A stretch of 64,000 nucleotides of DNA from Lytechinus pictus. Its lineage: Eukaryota. This document shows, in pieces, positions 1 to 11,069 of the stretch; within the stretch, counting starts at the first letter, position 1, and the number at the start of each line of letters is the position of its first letter. The notes under the pieces were generated by a model. The model saw only the letters and a program-made list of their open reading frames with translations. It ran no database searches and was not told the DNA's origin. The DNA lies in the NCBI RefSeq assembly GCF_037042905.1, contig NC_087263.1, positions 7,690,001 through 7,754,000 of the forward strand, written 5' to 3'. A program made the translations under genes and the position numbers.

Positions 1-332
1 TACATTAGAGACAGTTAAGAGTTAGAACTGAAATAAAGGACATTTTCAAGATTGTCTGTACTAGGCCTACTTCAAAGGGTTTTTTAAAATTTAACTTAAG
101 GGCAAATTAAATGCATTCACTTTGATGTGTTCAGTCTTCAACACATTGTTTACGTGTGGGGCGCAAATGTAAGAAGTGATCGAACTTTGCCATTATGTAT
201 GCATATTTATCTCACACGGTAAAAATACTGATTTTTTGGTCAAAATACTGATTTTGGGGGATAAGAATACTGAAAATGCAAAATACAACTTGGCAGCTCT
301 GATAAAGGTTTCTTTTTTTGGTTTGTACGTAG

Positions 333-499
333 CCTCAGCGATGGCTTCGCTTGATGTCAGCAAACCTCCCGGTCTTGGCGTCATCGTTAGACATCTACAT
401 CAGTCTGCTGCACAATTCATGGTTGCCATGGAGATGCATCAACAGTCCGTTCACAAGCTTCAGAACATTGCGGATCTTCCAGCAGAGGAATTGAAAGAG
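333..499 (+). CDS. NUP205: Nucleoporin NUP205, internal coding exon (gene starts upstream of window)
   Basis: Acceptor tacgtAG at 331-332, donor GAG|gtttgt at 499/500; encodes KPPGLGVIVRHLHQSAAQF...QSVHKLQNIADLPAEELKE, matching the NUP205 C-terminal region as I recall it (LPGLGIIIYLLKQSA...QSVSKLQNVEQLPPDEIKE). Confidence 0.85.
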
Positions 500-1075
500 G
501 TTTGTATCATATTGTTTTTTTCTTTCTTTTTTAAGGCCATTATTATTTTATTATCATGTGATTGATTGAAGAATAGATTATATATTGTATGTAATAGGGC
601 ACTGGATTTCAAAGAGACAGAACTTTGTTATTTTGTGACCGTTTCCTGTAAAAGAGCTCTCAAATTTAGGAGCAGAGGTTAAACTTTGTAGACATGTTAT
701 TTCATTTTGAAATTCAGATACCACCGTCCACCAAGTGAATATGTGGTATCCTTTTGTCGAATTGATTTTATTCACTCATGCATGAATGAGGAAACATCCA
801 AGTCATGCCAGATGGAAGTGGAAATTCTATGCTCAACAATGATAATTTGTCTATTTTATTTGTCATTAAGTTATGATAAATGATTTATAATTCTCTGTTT
901 CATTTTTTGTGAGATGCACACTGGACATATATATATATTTTTTGGGGGGAGGGGGTAGAATGAATTATTGATATCATTTCTTGTACAGGTAGAAAGAAAG
1001 AGAGAAGATATATTTCTGCATGACTAGACCGTTCATGATTATTGGACGCCGTAGTTCTTTTTTCTTTTGATTTAG

Positions 1076-1190
1076 TTGTCACATAGCGGCGTAGGCTCCC
1101 GATCAACCACCCAGCATCGTCTTCAATTAGCGACACGAAGGCTCACTCAAGATGTCCGTACTAGAGTCAAGGAACTATCAATACTTTTCT
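1076..1190 (+). CDS. NUP205: NUP205 coding exon, followed by a U12-type intron
   Basis: Acceptor tttAG at 1074-1075; LSHSGVGSRSTTQHRLQLATRRLTQDVRTRVKELSILF; donor GTATCCTTTA at 1191; phase 0 in, phase 1 out. Confidence 0.85.
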
Positions 1191-2594
1191 GTATCCTTTA
1201 CGTGCTTTCCCTGCTAATAGTGCTGGGCTGTATTCCCATATTGTATTCCCATATTGCAATTATGTGATATTGAAAATATATTGAATATTCGATAACGGTT
1301 TTATGATTATGTCGATATATGACGGTAACATAATATGAGCGAAATGCTGTTCTGTATTGCTTCAAACCAACTCAGAACTTTGTAAGTTGGTACCTAAATG
1401 CTCGCTTTTCATGGACAAGCAGCAATGATGAGAGCCTTACTTTCATTTCCCCCTTCCCTGCTCTCACGAAATTGCAGCTGATAAAGACTCGGCAATATAT
1501 TGTGTTATCAGCAATAACATTGAAATCAAATATCAAACAGCACTGCTTGCCAAACCCTATATTTTACAATGTAAATGTAATTTTTTTTTAAAATAAATTG
1601 CATTTTTTTGTATTTAATATGAAAGTTCCTTCAAGTCAGGGTTCCCAGCCCATCAGGGAAATTTATTTTACTTTTTTCCAGTCAGTTAAAAATCAGGGGA
1701 AAAAGCCAAAAAAAATCAGGGAATTTTGATCAGCCCAAAAGTCAAAAGCATGGTAGTCTCTCAGACTCTGTTATATTTTGTTGCATATCAAAACAACATC
1801 CATTGAATGACTGGTTATGGTGGTACTAATTAGTTTTACATTATTGTGTTTATACTGAAAATACATGTAATTCACTGCATAAACCTAGTAAACATGCGAA
1901 ACTGGGAATGGGTTTAAATAATTATCAGGGAATTTTGTTTTCTCGAAAAGCTGGGAACCCTGCATGTAAAATCATCTTATTTGAAGTGCATCATAATGCT
2001 AGGAATACTGCATTCAAAATTCTGCTACAGTATATATCAAGCATTGTGGTCAGAATTAAGTCCACATCAGTGGCAATATAGTGGCAAGACTGTGCTATGA
2101 TGAATATATGATGTTGAATTGAATTTTGTTCCTACAGGGAGGCTCGCCCATTTAGAGTCCTCTTCTCTCTTCTTTCTCGCATTCAAATTAAAATCTATTT
2201 GATGGATCAACTTCAAACTGGTTCAAGTATGCATATTGGAGTGAGGATGATCTGAGTAATATTCGTTAAGGTCAAAGGTCTCAGAAGCCATTATATGCCA
2301 GAAATATCTTGGGTTTTTTTTTTTTTTTTTTTAAACTAAATAATTGTTTTAAGTATCAGCTTTGCTCGTGTATTCATGTGGAAGCGACTGATCTAATCAG
2401 AGATTATGTCATGGAGTTAATGTCGCACAAGTGATACTAGTATACAAATTTGGTTTCTGAATCTTAATTTGTTATATTACAGTGTGTTGGTTGTTACACA
2501 CAGTTATTACATTAAACTGGAATTGGGTAATTTTCCTTTTATTCATATATGCTTTTACTTTGTAAGTATTCCTTAACAACTCTTTACACTTTAG
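1191..2594 (+). other. U12-type (minor spliceosome) GT-AG intron in NUP205
   Basis: 5' site GTATCCTTT (U11 consensus RTATCCTTT); branch site TTCCTTAAC at 2569-2577, ending 17 nt before the intron end; reading frame preserved across the junction. Confidence 0.85.
1637..1962. mobile_element. Non-autonomous DNA transposon (CAGGG-ended, hAT-like MITE) inside the U12 intron
   Basis: TIRs CAGGGTTCCCAGC / GCTGGGAACCCTG; internal ATCAGGGAA subrepeats; no clear TSD. Confidence 0.6.
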
Positions 2595-2729
2595 ATTCCA
2601 TAGAATGTGATGTCTTCTTAATCTGGCGCCATCTGGAGTACTATTTCTTACATTGTCATCCTACTGGGGGTCCCTCAGCGCCCTTTTCGCTCTCCTTTGC
2701 TCTTCGTCAGCCACCAAGGAATTTAGGAG
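2595..2729 (+). CDS. NUP205: NUP205 coding exon
   Basis: Acceptor tttAG at 2593-2594; (Y)SIECDVFLIWRHLEYYFLHC matches the NUP205 motif FILWRHLEYYLLHC; donor G|gtaagt at 2729/2730; phases join. Confidence 0.9.
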
Positions 2730-3035
2730 GTAAGTGGACTTAAAGCAAAAATTTTCATATACCATAACCGTCTTATTTTGTATCCAGCTTTTGTTTAAAT
2801 TGTCAGTGTTTGATTTATGTTTGTCATGTGAACCAGATCTTTAATCATAATCAGAGAAATTTCTTGTTGTTTTGAGCATAAATTAAATGTTTATTACCTA
2901 AGAAATTAAACATATAATAAATTTGAACCTGTTTTTACATAACAATATTATGTTATTTACCCAAATAATATGCTACATTATATCTTACAATACAATGCTA
3001 ATCATATTGTTTGTTTGATGTGTTATGTGCTATAG

Positions 3036-3298
3036 ATCTTTCAAGTCCATCACTAAACGTCACCCAGGATGAGAGCCAATCCCGCTTCCCGCCAGTCAGT
3101 CCTCAAGCTCTAGGTATCACCCAAGATGATCTTAAGCAGCTACGTCTCGATGCCACGAAGTGCCTCAACGATCCGCTCCTGAAGCGCGTCCAGGAGATCG
3201 AGTCTCGTTTCCAAGCGCAGCGTCGATCCAAGCATGCCTTCGTCGCGGCGTTGGTTCGGCGTATCCGGCGTCTAGTCACGTTGGATGCGCCTAGGTGA
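3036..3298 (+). CDS. NUP205: NUP205 terminal coding exon
   Basis: Acceptor tatAG at 3034-3035, in phase with the previous exon; ends ...LLKRVQEIESRF...HAFVAALVRRIRRLVTLDAPR* (TGA 3296-3298), resembling the NUP205 C-terminus. Confidence 0.85.
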
Positions 3299-3542
3299 TT
3301 TAGGCTTTCAAGGAAACCTTCGAAGTGATCAAAAGATGGATTACATTCCAAGGTCCATACTCTGAAGTCTGGTTTAACGTAGACCATGGTCTAACTCTGT
3401 GCTAGAATTATGGGAAGCATGTTTGCATTGTATGTTTCGTATGTTTACTGACATCTACCTTATTTATCCTTCCCAGACAGTTAGAAATATTTGACAGTTA
3501 AATGAGCTGATAAATTGAACCTCTACATTTGACTGTTAGAAA

Positions 3543-3750
3543 GGTTCTTTGACATTTGCTCCGAGGAAAATTGCTCCGAAGCAAAACATAAAGCCTACAT
3601 GTAACCTCCTAAACTAAATAAACCAAAATACTTCTTTTTTTTATACTTTATTCTGAACCAAAAACTCTATTAAAACCCTTACTCTTAACCCTATGCCCTC
3701 TGAGTTAATAAGACCTGAACAAATGTTGCAGGAGTATTATGTCATGTCAG
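3543..3750. repeat. Interspersed repeat with degenerate (CCCTAA)-like core; related copy in opposite orientation at ~61310-61546
   Basis: Begins GGTTCTTTGACATTTGCTCCG; the 61.5-kb copy ends CCGGAGCAAGTGTCATGGAACC; both have taaccc/tagggt-like interiors. Confidence 0.45.
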
Positions 3751-3807
3751 TGTTCAAGATTAATGTCAGAACTGGCTCTCCATAGTTGAACTACAACTTT
3801 AGACCAG

Positions 3808-3964
3808 GGCTCCATAACAAAAAGGTTTGCAGTCAATAGCTAAATACCAATGACCAATGAAGATCATCGTTGCATGCCCTTTCTGTTTAAAATACTGACC
3901 AGGAACCAATCAGTGCAGTTCTATCATATTTGCAATTCTTCGCAAACCTTTTTGTTACGGAGCC
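3808..3964. mobile_element. Harbinger-like MITE with CAG target duplication
   Basis: CAG|GGCTCCATAACAAAAAGGTTTGC ... GCAAACCTTTTTGTTACGGAGCC|CAG. Confidence 0.7.
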
Positions 3965-4549
3965 CAGAGTTTAAATTTAAACCCATCTTCAGAATATGGG
4001 CCCAAATTTTGTCATCTTTGGCTTACTATTGTTGTGATTGATCAGATCAATCTCAACTGTTTGTAAGACAGGGCCCAGATATGATATTGTCTAACATTAG
4101 CTTCTGTTTTTGTAATATATCTTGAGAATAAGTGATACAAGACCATGTAATTTAACAGTATTGTTAAGTCCTTTTGTAAAGAATCTGTCTACGATAGTGT
4201 GTTCTTTGTCATGTATAGATGTTTATATCTGCCAAAGCCAAGCTTAAAGATTTTGTTAACAAAAGAAAGTAAAAGATTTAAAATTTCATTTGAATATTGG
4301 GGGATGTAAATTGACTGAAATGAAAAGGAGTACAGAATATAAGATTACTAGCAGGAGGGGGTCACAAGTAATTTGCCCTGTAAAAGTTAGTGTTTGTGTA
4401 TATTTTGTAAATATGTATCCAGTCTTATTCCATGTACAAGCCATGTTGTTTAAGTTGGCGTATGACCACTACAGAGCTGCATCTATAATTTGTGAAACTA
4501 GGAACATTTATTAAATCTTGGGTGTGTTTCACAAAGGGTTAAGTAGTAT

Positions 4550-4655
4550 AATAATAATAACGTCATATTTTACCCAGGGAAGCCACTTCAGTTCTGAAAA
4601 CTGTTCTACCAGCAGGCCCTGCTTAACATGATAATGTAATTATTACCCCGACTTT
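4550..4655 (-). repeat. Retroposon 3'-tail fragment; second copy at ~21193-21290
   Basis: (ATA)n followed by catattttacccaggg..gccacttcagttctgaaaactgttct..ccag..ggccctgcttaacat, shared between two loci. Confidence 0.5.
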
Positions 4656-5285
4656 AGCACAGCTAGTATATGGCCATCAGATTCTTTACAAGTATGACTA
4701 AGAGTCATGCGGAAATGCCCATGTGCAATCGTTTGCGGCACTTAAAATCATTGCATTAAGAGTTATAAATGTTACATATTATCATTACTATTATGTCATT
4801 TAACGCATAATTTGATTGATGGATGTGCGAGTCCTGTGCACATGATCCTGACCAATGCAATGATGCGTTATATACCGAACACAACTGAACTATTTAAGTA
4901 TGACTCTATTAAAGCCAGAATTAAATCTTTTTGAAACACCCCCAGGGGACCCTTTCAGTGCAGCATGTTGCTTTGATGGAAGACGATAGGTGAATATTTC
5001 CAAGAATCCAACTTGTATATACTGCTCTGAATGAAAATCCTCAAAAATCTTATTTGATTCAAGCATCTCCTACAACACCAGGAAAGCATTACATGAAATA
5101 ATTAATCGGTAATATTCACCGACTGTTCTTTACAAGGTGGCAGGTGCTACTGAATTGAACCTCAAAATGAAAATATACTTTTCATTCTCATTTTTAAGAA
5201 ATGAGCAAAATGCGATTTGCTCCAATATCTGATCGTGGACCAGATGAAATGCGCCTTTATTCAGATTTCTTCTAAGGTCAAACAG

Positions 5286-5435
5286 GGAGGTGTTTCATGA
5301 AAGTTGTCAGCGCTGACAATTTCAGTGAAATCCTTGGTTTTGATTGACTGAGAGGCACTGGCCTCTGAATGTTACTATGGTAACTGTCGGAGAAAGTCAG
5401 CTTGTCAGTGCCGACAACTTTCATGAACCGGTATC
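5286..5435. mobile_element. Harbinger-like MITE; related copies at ~57449-57615 and 17396-17552
   Basis: CAG|GGAGGTGTTTCATGAAAGTTGTCAGC ... GACAACTTTCATGAA...|CTG; shared core tgattggctgagaggc..ctgttactatggtaactgtc. Confidence 0.6.
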
Positions 5436-5852
5436 CTGATGTCCAGAAGAAGTCCCAGAAGATTCAACTTGAGCAGACTTACCTGTATGTACAGGTGTCT
5501 CCAGTTTGTTAATTTGTTGACATTTTGTAAATAATCATGTTTTGTAGAACAATGAGCAAGGAAAGCTTCTCAATCTCCTTACCTGTCAAAACTATCTCCT
5601 TTAAAATGTAATGATTTTGTTTTGTTCAAATGGTTATAATTTTTGAATGAATGAAAGTTGTTGCATGAAAATAATAAAATATAAAGATATTTGTAGCACT
5701 GCTTGGTTAATTTCCGAATTTTTTCTATTGATCTCTAATTATAAGACCAAGTCAAAGATCTACATTATTTTCTAACAAAAAAACCCAGAAAAAACCAGGA
5801 CAGATAAGTTTAGAAAAAAAGAGATCTTTTCTGATATGAGAAATTCAATGTA

Positions 5853-6506
5853 CAGTTGAGGCCAAAGGTTTACATACACCCATGGAATTTAGTGAAATTT
5901 GTTCGCTTGCCAAACATCGTAAAATTTACTATATCTTTAGAAATATGAATACTACCATGACGAATTTGGTATCAAATGAAAGAGCGTATTAAGCTCTTAC
6001 ACAAGATGGGGATGCCGTTGGGATTAAAGTATATTTCGGATAGAATTTTCTTGAAGAGAAAAAAAATAATATTTGTGCCAAATGTATTCTATTGTTTGTT
6101 ATCATATTTTCAAACATCATTTCATAGAAATATATAAATGTCAAATCTATGATTTATATTACATTTTCTATCATGATATGTCACCACTGAACAAAAAAGT
6201 GTAATCTGAAATGTTTGTGTTGAGAAGTAACTAGCACAAATATGAAATGTTTTTGTCAAGTTTTTATTTTTAATTTGTCTAAAATATGAAGATTTTTTGG
6301 GGGAAAATTTACACCTTAATATTTTTCAGCTCCTGATGAAAAAGCAATGTGATGAAGGGGCATGACATACTCATTTGTTTGATATCAAATTTGTCATGAT
6401 AGCACAAATGTTTAATTAGATACAGTAAATTTTAAGATGTTTAGTTTGGCAATTGTCAACTTTTCTTTGAATTTCCTGGGTGTATGTAAACTTCTGGCTT
6501 CAACTG
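5853..6506. mobile_element. Tc1-family non-autonomous element with Sleeping-Beauty-like ends
   Basis: TA|CAGTTGAGGCCAAAGGTTTACATACACC ... GGTGTATGTAAACTTCTGGCTTCAACTG|TA; TA TSD; long imperfect inverted arms; no ORF. Confidence 0.85.
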
Positions 6507-6614
6507 TATATTGTACATGTACAGAGATGTGGTATGAGATGGATGGGCCATGTGCTTAGGAGGAGAGATGCTGAATCTGTGAAAAGAGCACGCAATCTGG
6601 AATGGATGGCATAA

Positions 6615-7030
6615 AGGCCGCCGCACACCTTATGTTTGGTCTGCAACTCAGTTTCGGAATAAAACAGTAGAATTTGATGCTAATATGGAGACATGAAATA
6701 TCTTACTGCATAATGTTATAAATCGTTGTATGAATACCAATGTTCAAATCTGTGACTATGCTGTCATCCTTATTAGAATAAAAGTGAATACAATATCAGG
6801 TCATAATGATGTCATAGCATAGCATCGTCCAATTGGCTACAATTTCATCATATGAAACTAATTTTGCCTTTACTCCAAAATAAAAGCTTGCAATCATTTT
6901 GTATTAATATTCTTTCAGTTAATTTGAACCTCAAATAAAAAGATGCTTTTCATTCACAATTTCAGAAAATGAGCTAATGCGATTTGTTCCCAAAATCGGA
7001 TCGTGGACCAGTTGCAAAGTGTGTGTGGCC
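6615..7030. mobile_element. Harbinger-like MITE
   Basis: GGCCGCCGCACACCTT ... AAGTGTGTGTGGCC imperfect TIRs; 3' part also occurs as a fragment at ~5155-5242. Confidence 0.5.
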
Positions 7031-7099
7031 TTGTGAGGAAAGGGAAGGCGAAAGAATTCAGTGTAAAGATAAGATAAAGAAGGAAAGCAGTATGGCTGT

Positions 7100-7555
7100 T
7101 CTCACACTTTCCCTTCCCCTCTCTACCTCTCGAGTTCTCCCCTCTCCCCCACCCCACTCTACCTTTCGAGTTCTCCATCTTTCTCCTCCACCCCTTTCTA
7201 CATGTATCTTTCTCCACCCTCTCTTTTTAGTTCTCTCCTCTCCACCCCTCTTAATCTTTCTCTTCCCCTCTCCTTCACTCCTCTTTATCTTGCTCCTTTT
7301 CCCCCATCCCTTTCTATCTTTCTCCTCGCCCCACTCCATCTGCCCTCTCACCCTGGCCGCACCCTCTCCATCTTCCTCATTCTCCGCTCTCCACCCCTTT
7401 CTGTCTTTCTCCTCCACTCCGACCCCTCTCCACATGTCTCATTCTCCCCCTCCTCATTCCCACTCTTTTTCTTTCATCTGCCCTCTTCCTTATCTTCCAT
7501 TTAATGTGTTCCTCTTTCCCTCTCTCCCCTTCCCTCTCCCCTTCGACTCCCCCGA
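7100..7555 (+). repeat. Polypyrimidine (C/T-rich) low-complexity tract
   Basis: About 450 bp mostly C/T; generates the spurious ORFs 6984-7850, 7058-7435 and 7202-7504. Confidence 0.85.
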
Positions 7556-7967
7556 TCGGTTTATTTCCAATTCATCTAATGCCAATTTGTCCAATTGGCT
7601 ACTATCTTTCTCTGTCTTTCTCTTCCTCCACCCCTTTCAATCTTCTTATCTTCATCCTATTGTCTACTATCATTTGATTTACCATCAGTTACTTTCATCG
7701 AGTCTAATGCCATTCAGTCTAATAGCCAGTTGGTCCAGTGGCCATTCAGTCCTACCATTTGGTCTAATTGGACTGAGTGTTAAATTGTGCAAAATGAATG
7801 AAAATGAAATGGATATTAGACCAACTGGTTATGAGACGAAATGGTCATAGACAAAATGGTGATTAGACGAAGTGATGATTGGAGCAAAATGGAATGGCAT
7901 TAGACTAAATGAAATTAGACCATGTGGTGAGTGGAAGAGTTGGCAGTAGACGATTTGGCAATTTATC
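7555..7967. repeat. Foldback-like repeat with ~15-bp TAGACCAA/TTGGTCTA subrepeats; related copy ~13995-14368
   Basis: Left half has periodic (g)gtcta/gtcca units, right half periodic tagac units in inverted orientation. Confidence 0.5.
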
Positions 7968-8043
7968 CCCCCCCCCCCCCCCCCCCCCGTTTCTCCCTTT
8001 ACCCTCTTTCCCATCCCCACTCTATCCCTCTCTCATTCCTTTA

Positions 8044-8623
8044 AGGACAAGTCCACCCAAAAAAAGTTAATTGAATGAAAAGAGAAAAATCTAACACGAA
8101 TAACACTGAAAATCTCATCAAAATCAAATGTAAAATAAGAAAATTATGACATTTTAAAGTTTCGCTTAATTTCACAAAACAGTTAAATGCACATCCTGGT
8201 TGGTATGCAAATGAGGAGACTGATGGCATCATCCACTCATTATTTCTTTTGTATTTTATTATATGAAATTTTCTCATTTTCTTCTCATTCTCCAGTGAAA
8301 CAACGATCAATTCCTCTCTGAACATCTGGAATTAGTATTGTTTATACTATATGGTTCAGTCAAGTTGGTCCATATTGTCAAATCTGTAAAAAGTGAAATA
8401 TTGTATAATGCAAACAATAAAAACCAAAAAAATAGTGAGTGGGGGACATCATCAACTCTCATTTCCATGTCACCGAGTTATGCTGTTTTGTGAATATTAA
8501 GCAAAATTTTAAAATGTCATAACTTTCTTATTTTACATCCGATTTTGATGAAATTTTCAGCATTATGCTAGTTGATTTTTCTCTAATTATTCAAATAAAA
8601 ACTTTCTGGGGTGGACTTGACCT
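8044..8623. mobile_element. Kolobok-type MITE family A (degenerate TTAA TSD)
   Basis: AGGACAAGTCCACCC ... GGGTGGACTTGACCT; homologous to 57679-58280. Confidence 0.8.
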
Positions 8624-9329
8624 TCAATCATCCCTCCTTCCCTAAGAATTCTCAGAAAATAAGCAAAAATTGGGTAGAAACCGCTCATTCGCTTAGGTAC
8701 AAATTTCACAATTTATTACCCCGTATAATTCAACATTTATCACCAAAAAATCTTAACAATATCATAATAGCCACACACATCTGTTTTTTGTTCCAATTCA
8801 TACATTGACAAATATATAAACCTTATGCATTCAAATCAAACAACAAATGAAATGATTTCATATAAGCTAGTTCAATAACCTTTATAGACTATTCTTAAGT
8901 ACTTCAGAAACACACAAAACAAAGATTTCTATATAATTGCTATTTTCATGATTGAGTTGCACTCGAATAAAAAATATAAATATTTCCTTTTTCAATACTT
9001 GCAAAGAATGAAGGGATAATTGAAAAGAATTAATTGTGAAGGTTCAATTCACTCTTGTTAAACTGCTGATGATAACATAATTTAATATACACTCCACTTT
9101 ATTTTTTCATTATTATTTATAATATGATCTTCTATAAGTCTTCAATAATATTACAATTAATTTTGAATTGCAACAGAATACAAGTAAATTTGCTTCATGC
9201 CTCATGAATTTATTTGGCAGTTAAATAAAGTAATTGGCAGTTTAAAATTGAATTTAGATAATGTTGAATATATTCACTCAAGTCTACATAGCCTCCTTAT
9301 GAGATAAAAATATACCCAACATCGATGAA

Positions 9330-9998
9330 GTGCTGAGGTGTAGCGAATCTTACTGTCGCCTTGTAATCAGAGGGTCAGGGGTTCAAATCCCACCATGGCC
9401 TAGTGTCCTTTGACAATGTGTCAATCCACACTTCCCCACTCTCCACCCAGGTGGGTGTTTCATAAAGCTGTTCGTAAAGTTAAGAACGATTGGTGATCCT
9501 TTCTTACGTGCTAAATAATCACCAATGACCATTTAATGGTAATATATCATTTTACCATTAAAGAAAGGATCACCAGTCATTCTTAAAGTAGCTCTTAACT
9601 TAGGAACAGCTTAATGAAACAGCCCCCTAGGTGTTAAATGGGTACCCGGTAGGATGCAAAAGCCTATGTAGTATGCCTAGCAATCGAGCCTTCAAACTCA
9701 TATTGTAATGCTCCCACGGGAGATGAGAAAATGCATACATTGTGTACAGGCATGCCAGGATATGATGACCAGGGTCCCGTAACACAAAGTTAGCGATTAA
9801 TCGTACACTTGATTTTCATGATTGATTGTACATTGTAGTCAATGGAATCAATTGTAGAAAAATGTTATATGATCATTGCTAAGCTTTGTGTAACAGGGCC
9901 TTAGTTTAAATAAGTAAAGTGCTTAGATATGCAAAGTATTATCAAAGTGCTATATCAATGCAGTGATTATCATCATCATAATTATACCATATTATTAT
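9330..9998 (+). mobile_element. tRNA-derived SINE interrupted by two MITEs (9451-9627 and ~9772-9900)
   Basis: B-box GGTTCAAATCC; body ccactctccacccag|MITE|gtgttaaatgggtacccggtagg matches the uninterrupted copy at ~57260-57300; (ATT/ATC)n tail. Confidence 0.7.
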
Positions 9999-10564
9999 AA
10001 CTTGAGGGCAGTATAAGATACAGGTAGACTATAAAGAATCTTTTGGGACCATAGAATTCTGTTCAACTTAAGATAAAAATTTGACGTAGAAGAGGTATAC
10101 AACACGTTTTGAATACTCTGGTCTAAAAAATTGCTTCGACTTAGCCCACTATATGACTTAAGGAAGGTCAACCTAGGTAGAGTTATCTGTATAAAACAAG
10201 ATTGTCATTTTGTGCTATTACAATTTCAGTCACAAATATTGTTTCATTTAGATCTATTTGAAAGGGGGGGTTCAAGTCTTCTGACCAAATGTTCAGCTTC
10301 CGGGCAGTGTTTCGCGAAGCATCTCGTCAATGATTTTTACTTGTTCTGATCCAATCAGATACACAGATTTCAGTAGCCTTTAACAGTTGTCAAATAAAAT
10401 AACCACCGACTATAGAGGCGTTGCAAGAAAATAACTGCAATCAATTGCAAAATTCTTATGCACATTTACAATTGATCAATAAGTTGTAACAAGAAGGAAA
10501 TAACTTTCAGGTGCTTCTGTAATACCGGAAGCAGACCAGCAATCAAGTTAACATCTGTAATTAA

Positions 10565-11069
10565 AGAGAAAGTTCACCCTGATAAAAAGTTTATTATAAA
10601 AATAGCAGAAAAAAATATTTAAAATTATTGCAGAAGGTTTGGGAAAATCCATCAAAGAGTAAAAAAAATTATTAGAATTTTAATTATTTTAATCGTGATG
10701 TCAAATGCGAGCAGCTTTCCTACATATCGTATGGTAAAAAAAAATCACTGGAATGTCATTTTCTGAGAAAATTGAATATGGTTTTTATTGTACTTTCAGT
10801 TTATCAATAGACAAATCATTTCCCATCCGTTCCTAAAAATAGAAAACAAAAATAGGTCATCATGAACCATTTAAAAATCTAAAATTTATGCATTTTATAT
10901 TACATATACATATGGGGCAGCTGCTCGTTTATGACGTCACAAATCCAAACATTAAAATTCTAATAACTTCCTTAATCTTCAATTAATTTTCGTCAAACCT
11001 TTACCAATATTTCATATTATTTTTTATGCTGTTTGTACAACAAACTTTTCTTCAGGGTGAACTTCCCCA
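10565..11069. mobile_element. Kolobok-type MITE family C
   Basis: TTAA|AGAGAAAGTTCACCCTGA ... TCAGGGTGAACTTCCCCA|TTAA; palindromic arms with TGACGTCA-like motifs. Confidence 0.75.

Noticed and set aside
6984..7850. 288-aa ORF and overlapping ORFs
   Set aside because: Produced by a C/T-rich low-complexity tract plus repeats; S/P/L/F-biased, no domain.
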